NCBI GenBank assembly: GCA_020536535.1
Contig: JAHLWZ010000847.1
Coordinates: 1 to 64,000, forward strand
Source of the DNA: Pelomyxa schiedti
Taxonomy: Eukaryota; Protista; Evosea
Reading direction: 5' to 3'
Length of the DNA: 64,000 bases
Shown here: in pieces, positions 53,551-64,000 of the stretch
Numbering within the stretch: the first letter of the stretch is position 1
How the letters are laid out: every line of letters starts with the position of its first letter
Translations under genes and position numbers: made by a program
The notes under the pieces: generated by a model
What the model saw: only the letters and a program-made list of their open reading frames with translations
What the model was told of the DNA's origin: nothing
Databases searched by the model: none

Positions 53551-56500
53551 ATGTACAGTACCGAAACGCGGAGTGGTGGTGGTGTCAGATCTTGCCGTAG
53601 TCGGCCAGATCTTGTTGTCTTATTGCGTGCCGCCATTGTGTGCCTTTGTTGCTGTGCGACGGCGTCACACGCGACGTCATTGGGAGGTCACGGAAAGACC
53701 TTCGCCGAGAGGGGGACATGCACAGAGGGCACCTTTGGCGTTTTTATGCACCAGTGGGACGACGGCAAATACCAGCAGGATTGCCCGCTGGGCGTGGCCA
53801 GTGGGACTTATTGTGACACCGCACCCATCAATTTTACTTTGTCAGACAGTGTGTCACAGTCTGGGTGCATTAAATATTACGGCTACCTCCAGGTGTGGAG
53901 TGCTCCTCTCTTTGTCTGTTGCATTGTCACCCAACACATGTTCCACTTTCTGTAGTTATCATCCGGCCGACCAGAGATCAAACAGCTGAGGCTAGACCTC
54001 TCTACAACAAGTTCTAATGAGGCCACGTTGTATCTTACTACACCTGATGACACTCTCACAGCAGGAGAGAATTATTGTACTCCAACCATAATACAATCGC
54101 ACGACCAACTCTCTAATAGACATGTACAATCATGCCCCTTGCCTCCCTCCTCTTGCTGTTTCCACTAGAACCTTGCCAGCCTATCAATTTGACCCTTACC
54201 ATTTGTACCCCTTTGAAGTCCATGTGATCCAGTGCTCTTCAGATACAGACAGTACTTTTGTGTCACTGCAATGGGCAGGTGAGGATGGTGTCTACCAAGT
54301 TATTCCTGCATCAGAGTTCATCTTTGTGGATTCCTCAGAACCTGTTATATGTGAAGCTGATGTATGTGGTAAGGACACTCTTCCCATCTTACTCTCTTTC
54401 CCACTTTTATCTCTGCTTATTTAGAACCACAATTGACAAGTTTTGAGTCCAATGCTACTACTGCTGGTGATAGTTTGGTTTATATTGAGGGTTCATGGCT
54501 TGATGAATGCACAGATGTCTTTATAGGGGGAGAACCCTGTGAAATTACAAGTGTTTCTTACCTCATCCCAGGCTATATTACATGCAAACCCCCGGTAGTA
54601 ATTTGGACTCCAATTACCTATGTCTCATTTAAAGAAGGAAGGGTCCCTTGGCTTGAGTTATGATTTATGGGTTGTATGCAGAGGTGTCACTAGCAGCGAA
54701 CTCACTGGTTTCACTTATCAATGTTTCTTGCCCACTCTAATATTTTGTACTCTTTTGTTAAAAGTCACTAATGCAATGTAGCACCAACAATTATCTCTGC
54801 GACAGAGGCCTTCACAGATGGGTCAACTCAAACAGTAATAAGTGGTACCAGTTTTGGTCCACAGGGTACTCTTGTTACTGTTACAATTGATGGGGAACCA
54901 TGTACTTCTGCTAGTGTTACAACACCACACACAGTCATTTCTTGCTATCCTCCTCCAGGAGTTGGTGCTGACCACGAAGTACAAGTTAACTTTCTCACTT
55001 CAGGCGAAGTAGCAAAGGAATATGTGTTCTCCTACACGAGTAATTCTCAAACTCTTTGAACGACCCTGAGGCACTCACTCCCCCAAAGGTCCATCTATAT
55101 CTGAAGTTGTTTCCACTATAGAATCTGGAAAGCAAGCCTTAACTGTAACTGGCACAAACTTTGGGAATGAATTATCCTCCATTTCTGTGGGAGTAGATGG
55201 ATATATTTGTCAGAATGTGTCGATCCTTTTTGCTCACAAATCAGTTCTTTGTTTCCCTGACTCACATGCTGTCATTGGAAAAAATCACAAAGCATCAATC
55301 ACTGTTGAATATCAAACCAGCCCAGATTTTTCCTTTGACTTTCCAGGTGAAGTTCAATTTCCAATGTTTTTTTTTATTAACTTGGCATTTTTAAGCCCCT
55401 ACAATTATGTCATGCTCCAATACACCAACGACAGGGGGGGGAATTTCAATATCTGGAAAGTTTTTTGGCGCAGCTGGGGGAGCTGCTACCAGTCCTTGGG
55501 TTTATGATATTGTTGTTCTCGGTGTTGGTGAAATTAACTGTACTATACCACCTGGGGCAGGGCAAAAACTCCCTCTGCAAGTAACAGTTGGAGGACAAGA
55601 TAGCCCAATAGAATATATATACTATTTCCAGGGTATCGCTACTTTGCATGGAGTTCACTCCTGACAAACTCAAGGTCCAAAGGTTGTATCTGCTACACCT
55701 ACATCTACAACGGGAGGCTACACAACAATCGTTGGCACCAATTTTGGACCAAGTGGCACTTCTATATCTGTTACTATCGACAACAAAGAATGCAAGGAAG
55801 TGGTTATGAATCACACTGTAATTCAATGCAAGACTCCAGAAGGAGTCGGAAAAAATTTGACAGTTACTGTCACATCACCAACTGGGGTCAATGCCCAAAC
55901 TGCATATGCACAAGCCTTCTCATATCAAAGTTTTTTCCTTCCAGTTAACTTAAAATTCACTTCATCAGGTCCCTTGATTACCGGAGTTATTACTGGCAAT
56001 TCCTATATCACCCTCATTGTATTACATCCTCTAATCTAACTGCACTCATGGTAATGTTAGGGGCAAAATTTTGCACCAAGTGGTTACACAGGAATTACAT
56101 GCTCCAATGATGATGGAAGCACGTGGACATTTGGGGAAGCTGTAAATACAACCACAATGAAGTGTTACAGCTCTGGAAACAAAGTAATGGTAATGATTGG
56201 AGGACAGAAAAGTAACTCGAAAATCTTCACACAAAGTAAATCTAGTTGTAATCTGTGCACACTGTTATTTACTCCCACCCCAACGACAAAACAAAACAGC
56301 TCCCACAATAGACTTAGTTACTAGTGTTGAGACTGCAGGAGGCACTGTTAACATTATTGGTCAATGCTTTGGGTCAACTTCAGTTACTGTCTACATTGAC
56401 AATAAAAAATGTGAAGTGGCACAAATTATCACCCCTAATTCGCAGATAACTTGCACAGCCCCTGCAGGTGCTGGCAAGAACTTAGATGTTCTTGTAATGT

Positions 56501-59500
56501 TCTCTTCACCACTTGTAAATGTATCTTTCAGGGGATTTTCCTATAACTGTATTGGAACACATCTTCTTTTCACAACTTATTTCCTTAGCCCCACGGATTT
56601 TTTCTACTACTTCTGTGGATACTATTGGAGGTTATGTTTATATTAAAGGAGACAACTTTGGCCCAGCTGGAACAACTGTAAATGTCACGATTGGCAACAA
56701 AATGTGCTCTAATGCAAGTGTTGTTACCGCTCACACAATAATTGGCTGTTTGATGCCTCCCTCTGTTGGGGGCTCCCTTGATGTTGGGGTGAATATTCCT
56801 ATTGTCCCTTCACATTCACAGGAAGCACATGCACCAATCTTCTACTTCAATGGTAATGAGCTTCTTTTTTTGTTTCTCTGATCTCATCTCCAACAGATCC
56901 TGAAATAACGGCAGTTTCCTCCGCAGACACAGATGGACACTCGAGAGTTACTATTTACGGGAAAAATTTTGGTCCTGCAAGTGCCAGTGGTGTGAAGTTT
57001 TCAATTTTTGTGTGTCTGGATAGCAGTACCTGCTCCGAGTGTCTCAATACCTCAGTTGTTGATCACAACCATCTACAGTGTTTTCCTCCTGTAGGAGTAG
57101 GAAAGGAGTATAAATTGCTCTTGAACCTCACAACAGTAAATGGAGGTTGGGTTCAGTCTGCAGAATATGATCTTTTTGATTATAAAGGTATTCTTTCATT
57201 TTAAAGATGTGTACATTTAGGAAAATAGATCCGCTCATTCATAATGTGTCTCACCCAAGCACTACCGGAGGAAACATCACCATATATGGGGAAAACTTTG
57301 GCCCGACTGGCACTCCAATTGCAATTCATATTGGGAGTGTGCAATGTGAAGGAGCACATATTAGCCTATCACACTTTGAAGCTAGTTGCGAAATATCTGA
57401 GGGTATTGGAGGGCCAAAAGAGGTTTATTTTGAGATTCTTCCTACAACCGAACATGCAACTAGTGTTTCTTCGAATTCATTTTTTTACAAGGGTAAGTTG
57501 ACGGATTTTGTTTTGTAAGCTAATCGTTGCCCATTAGCTCCAATTATTCTGTCAGCAAAAACAGCAAGTGGTGGAGGACAAACGGAAATAAGTGGGAGTA
57601 ATTTTGGTCCAACTGATACTCCCATTACAGTAACAATTGGGGGACAAACTTGTTTTTCTCCTATGGTCAAGACTGCCCATTCAAAAATTGAGTGTACTGT
57701 TCCCACTGGTGCCGGAGTTAAGAAGGTTATCACTGTTACAGTCCCTTCAGGCTCAACAACACAGTTCTCAAGTGCCGCTCTATTCAACTACACAGGTCTA
57801 TTCAAGATACAGTTGGTTCCATTAACTTTTTTTTCAGCCCCCAAGATTTCAACAGTGCCACTTGTGCCTACACTTGGGGGACTTATCCATATTCAAGTAT
57901 TGACTCTGTCTTTTTTTTTTTTTGAATTAAAACACGAAGGGGTCCGACCTTGGAGCGCCATTCAACTCCATTTCTGTGTTTATCGACAGTACAAAGTCCT
58001 ATTATGCAGCAATTATCAATAGTAGTACTATTCTAGCCGGGGTTCCTCCTGGTTCAGGGACAAATCATTGGGTTTATGTGTGCATTGAATCAATATGCAC
58101 ATCTGCCGCTCTTCTTAGTTTTCAATGTAATCTCTCCACCTTGTAAGTACTCGATTATCCAAGTTAAGTTTCCCTTTAGCGCCAGTGTTCACATCTTCTA
58201 CTGGCGCCTCGACTGATGGTTCTGCCTTCACCACACTCCATGGATCCAACTTCGGTCCGATTGGCACTGTGGTGAGTGTCTATTTCCCATCGAAGGGTTC
58301 CTACTGCTTGAATGCAACAGTATCTGTGCAGCACACACAAATTAAGTGCCGTCCTCCTCCTGGTGTTGGCTTGGACAATACTATATTAATCACTGTTGGA
58401 AACACTGGAAGTGCATTATCTACAGTTAGCAATGGGTTCTCATATGATCGTAAGCAAAGAATTTTTTTTTTTGGCACCCAACCTTCACTCAGCTCCAGCA
58501 CTGTCATTTGCAACTCCAGCTGATACTGTTGGGGGTATAATTACTATTTGTGGGTCCAACTTTGGTGACCTTGGAACCAATGTGACCGTGATAATTGGCC
58601 TAGCTGAATGTGAAGGAGCCAAAGTTTCACTTGCACATAAGCAAATCCAGTGCTCAGCACCAGCAGGGGTTGGCAAGAACTTGAAGGTTACACTTAATGT
58701 TCCTCAGACTGGTTATTTATCTACTTATTCCAACATCTTTTCTTATAATCGTATGTATTTTTTTCCTATGACTGAAAGTTGACATCGAAAAAGCCCCAGT
58801 TGTTACCTCTGCTTCTGAGGTTAAAAACGGGATGTACAACATCTCAATTTTTGGGAAAAACTTTGGAACTTCCATCAGTGTTGCCGTAATGATATCCGGG
58901 AAACCCTGCACAGTGACAAGTGTCTCTCAAACGGAAATCAAATGCATTGCACCCCCTGGCTCAGGGCCTTGCCGACCAGTGATCGTCACAGTACCTGCTG
59001 GTGTAAATGCCCAGTCCAGTATGGAAGCTTATGTGCTAAATTATACTGGTAGCACCATAGATGTAGTTTTTCACTGATTTGTTATCAAAGGTCCTGGATT
59101 TTCTAATGCCAGCACCACCACAACTGAAGGTGGTCTGACAACTATATATGGACAGAACCTGGGGGCTGTCGGTGACAGTTTGATAGTGAAAATTGACAAT
59201 AAGTTGTGTGCCAATGCCACCGTTACGAAGCTCAACTCAGAAGTTCAATGCGTTGCTCCACAAGGAGCTGGCAAAAACTTGATTGTGCATGCGACACTAG
59301 TTGATGGGACATTCCTCACAGAGGCCCCTGTATTCTCTTATATGCGTATGCATAGATTGCGTTCTTCGTTTCTGTTGGCTGATTTTCTTCAGCACCAACA
59401 GTGTCATCTATCTCGCATTCCGACACAATTGGGGAGGAAATCTCTCTAGTAGGAACGAATTTCGGTCCTGTGGGAACCAACATTAGTGTAATGATTGACC

Positions 59501-62500
59501 ATTTGGGGTGCTCAGAGGCATATATCACAAAGAGTCATCAAGAAATTACTTGTGTGGCCCCCGCTGGTGCAGGTATAGCTTCGGAATTACTTGTAATTTA
59601 CAAACTGACACAAAAAGGTTCAAATATCCCAACAACTGTGTGCATCCCCACTACTAATCCACAGTGTATTCATCTTTCTTTCTCTTACAATGGTTCGTTT
59701 CCCATCGGCTTGTCTTTTCTTTGAAAAAACTACAAAAAAAAAAAGCTCCTTCAATCAGTACTGTCACACCTGTTTCCACTGCTGGCGGGAATGTTACTAT
59801 AACTGTATTCCATCTCTTGATAGATCAGCGTGTTTGTTTATAGTAGTTTAGGGAAACAATTTTGGACCTGGTGGTTCATATCTTGTGGATACTTCAACAG
59901 ATGGAACTACATGGCTTCACTCAGAGCAAATTAGCCACACTATTGTAAAGGCGTTAGTGGCACCTGGCTGTGGTAAAGGCCGGAACATCACAATTCGTGT
60001 TGTGGATCAAACAAGTGTGCCTGCCCATTTCAACTATTCAGGTATGCCATCCCCAACTCTTGTGCCTTTCTGACTCCTAGAAAGCTCCTACAATATTATC
60101 TACTTCCTCTCCAAGCACGAGAGGGGGTATTCTGACACTAACAGGCATAAACTTTGGCATTTCTGGCACTCATGTAATTGTTAATATTGGAAAGCAACCT
60201 TGTTCGACAGCAACGGTTGCAGTTCCCCACACGGAGATAACATGCACAGCACCCTCCGGCACTGGCGTTGTACAAGGAACTCTATTAGTTCCAGATGACC
60301 TGCGTTTCAGTCAGAGTACTTCTTTCCAAATGACATATGCAGGTATTTCAAGATTTGAGTACTCCCTTTCTAATTTTGATAATTTAGTGCCTGAGATCTA
60401 CGTCATGACTCCCACACACACGCAAGGCGGTACAACTGAAATATATGGAGATAACTTTGGCCCTGTTGGAACTCCAGTTTCAGTGGCCATCAATGGAGCA
60501 TCTTGTTTGAATCCTAAAGTCGAAGTGAACCACACCAAGATTACGTGTACTGTGCAGCCTGGGTGTGGTACAACTTTGTCTGTTAAGATAAATGTTTCTT
60601 CCATATATTCTTTTACATCAATATTCTCCTTTGCAGGTTTCTCATTTCCTACCTCCTGTCTTCTCACCTTCCTGTAGGACCTTCAATAATAAATGCCACT
60701 GCAGTTAATACCAGTGGAACAGAGGAAACCCTTATAACAGGCATAAACTTTGGGCCGCAGAATGACTCTGTTTCTGTGTTGATTGGGGGAGTTAACTGTA
60801 CGGAGGCACAAGTTATTAGACCTCATCAGACAGTGTCCTGTTACCCACCACCTGGTGTTGGAGCCAATCTATCAGTTGAATTGTGCGTCCACTGCAACGG
60901 TTTGCAATGTACCTCAGCACCTGTATTTCGTTACAGAGGTAAATCACGGTCCAAACTGTATGCTTACTTGCACTTAGAACCTGTCATAAAATATGTCCCC
61001 CCTGTGCCAACACAGGGGCAATGGATAACAGTGCTGGTTTGTTTTCTTTGGCTTTCTTTTTTCTTTTTATGAGGTTGTGCTAGGGTGATTTCTTTGGCAC
61101 CATAAACAGTATTGTAACATGTGCCACAAACCCCAGTGGACCAACACCAGCACAGTGGCTAAATAATACAGCTCTTAACTGCTCTATTGGTGAAGGACTT
61201 GGGACTGGTCTTGTTGCGGTTTGTATTGCAGGGCAATGCAGTAACTCATTCATTTTCCATTATCAAGGCGAGTACAACCGTAAAGTATTTACTCTAATTA
61301 TCATAAAAGCTCCTACCATTGATAGCATTCCATCTCCCAGTACCAATGACTCACTGCTGACAATTTTTGGAAACAACTTTGGACCCGATAATACAATCCC
61401 ATCAGTTTTCATATGCAAGGATGAATTGTGTACTTTGGCTTGTAAGAATGCAACTGTGTCCGTCAAGCACACCGTCATAACATGTCAGCTTCCTGTCAGT
61501 GTAGGGGCAGGTTATATTGTGAACGTTACCGTTGGTGGGCTTTATGGACTTGGGACCTTTTCGTTTAAAAGTACCTGGCTAATCTATTTTCCTGTCGTTT
61601 TCTAATTAATTTACCCCAGGCCCACTTATTCATAGCGCCACCTCTACCAATACCACTGGCGGTACTACAACCATTTTAGGAGAAAATTTTGGCCCAGAAA
61701 ACACAACAATCATGGTGCTCTTGAACGCAGTTTCTTGTTTACACCCTGTTGTTCATTCACACAATCATATTACCTGTGAAGTACAACCAGGGTATGGTGC
61801 ACTTCTAAACGTTGTGGTTATTGCACCCCTTGGTGAATATCATCAGAATGGGTCTGCTCCAGTTTTTTGCTATAACGGTAATTCCACGATATGAATTCCT
61901 AAGAGCTGATTTTTTTAGCTCCTTCTATTGTTTCCATGACTCCCACCCCCACCAGTGGGGGTATCGCCACCGTTTACGGAAACAATTTTGGACCCTCTGG
62001 GAGTCCCGCCATTGTTACTGTATCAAACTTTTCATGCAGCAACGTAACAGTTATAAATCACACTCAACTGAAGTGCAATGTCCCTCCTGGTTGTGGGGGT
62101 ACTAATACTATGGTTGTGTGCCTCCCTGATACCTCGAACTGTGGCTCGCCATCCCTTTTTCTTTACATAAGTATTGTCTTGTATCTTTTATTTTAAGAAT
62201 CATGTATTTAGGTCCTACAATTGTCAATATGTCTCTCCCCCCAACTAATGGAAGTTGCTCAATCCAAATTACTGTACACCACTTTTCTATATACAATGTT
62301 TACACAATTAGGGATCGAATTTTGGGTTGCCTCTTTGTACTGTTTCTGCCATAGTGGATGGATACAGCCAATCAGCAACCATTTTATCACATACCACGCT
62401 TTCTGTATGTGTTCCTGTTGGAAGTGGCTCAGGACATCTTATTCAAGTAGTTGTTCAGAACCTAGGGAGCAATTTGCTTACTTTTTCATATCATGGTTTA

Positions 62501-64000
62501 CAACTTACTTTCCCCAAACTTACTGAGTGTTATTTCAGTTCCAGAGATAAACCGAATCGAGTCTGTGAAGACAAGTGGTGGCAAGTTGACAATTTTTGGT
62601 ACGAACTTCGGACCTCTTGGGACACCTGTACTTGTTTCTTTGGAGGGGCTGGGAGTGCAGTGCTCACATACACCAAAATGCATTTGTTCCAACGCATCTA
62701 TTTCTATTGCCCACACCGAGATATCTTGTTCTGCACCTCCTGGTGTTGGAGGGGACCACACCATTAATATTACCATCCCCGCAAATAATTATGGATTGAG
62801 CACCAGTAGCAATATTTTTGCGTATTCAAGTTTGTCTCTATGCCTTTACCTTTTTCCTAATCTCTCATAGGCCCTATTGTGACATCAACCTCACCAACAA
62901 GTACTACAGGTGGCATAACTGTGATTGAAGGGGACAACTTTGGCTTGTCCAATACCACTATCGCCGTCTATTTATTTGTACTGGGAAACTACTCCCGGTG
63001 TACTGATCTTTCAGTCTCCATTCCCCATTTGGAACTGCAGTGCAGGATGCCAGAGGGCTATGGAGAAAATTTGCCACTAAAAATTACTATTCTAGAAGGA
63101 TACCCAGGCTCTCAATCTGTGGATGCATCATTTTCCTACCAAGGTTTTTTGCCACCTCTTTCAATTTTTTTCTCATATATTTCCAGCGCCAGTTGTTTTA
63201 AGTTCAACACAAACCAATACAACTGGAGGCATCGTTCAGATAACTGGGGTGAACTTTGGTCCCCTGGCACTGACAGACATCACAGTGACAATTGCTGGAA
63301 CAAAGTGCAAGAATCCAAATGTCTCCGTTGCTCACACACAAGTCACTTGCACGGCCGATAAAGGAGCAGGGGCACAGCAATTGATTGAAGTTACAGTACC
63401 TGCAGGAAGTAATCAACAAGGGAGGGCCTATGTTTTTAGCTATTTCCGTGCGTTTTGCTTTCCACAGTTCGAACTCCCCATGTAATGTTACATAGGTCCC
63501 CAAATTACCTATGTGCCACCAGTACCTACTACAGCCAGCAAGCCTGTCCACCTCATTCAGGTCTCTATTCTCAATCTAGTGTCTCCTTACTAAGCCTGTA
63601 GGGGGTGAACTTTTCTCCTTTTAATAATATTTCTGCACTCGTTGTTATTGAGGGAATTACTACGGTTGCTACATGGGATAGTGCAACTAGTATCTATGCC
63701 TCATTCCCTGAAGGAGTGGGTGCCAATCTTTCACTTACAGTCACTGTGGCCAATCAAACAAGCGACAACTTCCTATGGAATTACCAACGTATGACTTCAT
63801 TTTTTCTCCCTTTTCTCATCCCAGACAGCACCTGTTATTGAGTTTGTTAGTGAAGCCCCTGATGAGAACCAAGTTGGAATAACTATTGGTGGTAGTGCCT
63901 TTGGCAAGCAAGGTGACAACATCTTTGTCTTTCTAGATTCAGTGCCTTCTGTTGCATGCAGTAATGTGGAAGTTACTATCCCTGATGTACTACTGTGGTG
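53551..64000 (+). CDS. Giant surface protein: signal peptide, PA14-like domain, at least 31 IPT/TIG repeats; runs off the window end; paralogue of 38904-53268
   Basis: PA14-like YPFEVHVIQ..VSLQWAGEDGVYQVIPASEFIF, then roughly one TIG repeat per exon with GxNFGP motifs. Confidence 0.88.

Noticed and set aside
38904-64000. Stop-codon reassignment or pseudogenisation to explain the fragmented ORFs
   Set aside because: The breaks I examined are all explained by short GT-AG introns that restore frame under the standard code.

Overview
Gene-dense eukaryotic DNA with many short introns (mostly about 40-65 nt, GT-AG), so the ORF track shows exon fragments. An Entamoeba-TMK-type receptor kinase and the intron style point to an archamoeba (Pelomyxa-like); this is inferred, not proven. 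Genes reconstructed by hand: GSA-aminotransferase-like enzyme, two tandem paralogues of unknown function, gamma-tubulin, a surface protein with two Cache-type motifs, an ankyrin-like protein, uL10/P0, a secreted alpha/beta hydrolase, a CUE-like/coiled-coil protein, an Ena/VASP-like protein, an aldo-keto reductase, a 3xWW-Ras fusion, a type I membrane protein, an SLC49-like MFS transporter, INO1 and RAE1. The last 25 kb hold two giant head-to-head PA14 + IPT/TIG-array surface-protein genes that share the same hidden super-repeat register. The other main observation is a tandemly duplicated, strand-specific structured ncRNA candidate at 11.8-12.5 kb that may contain an intron. Exon boundaries were read by eye and need RNA-seq confirmation.
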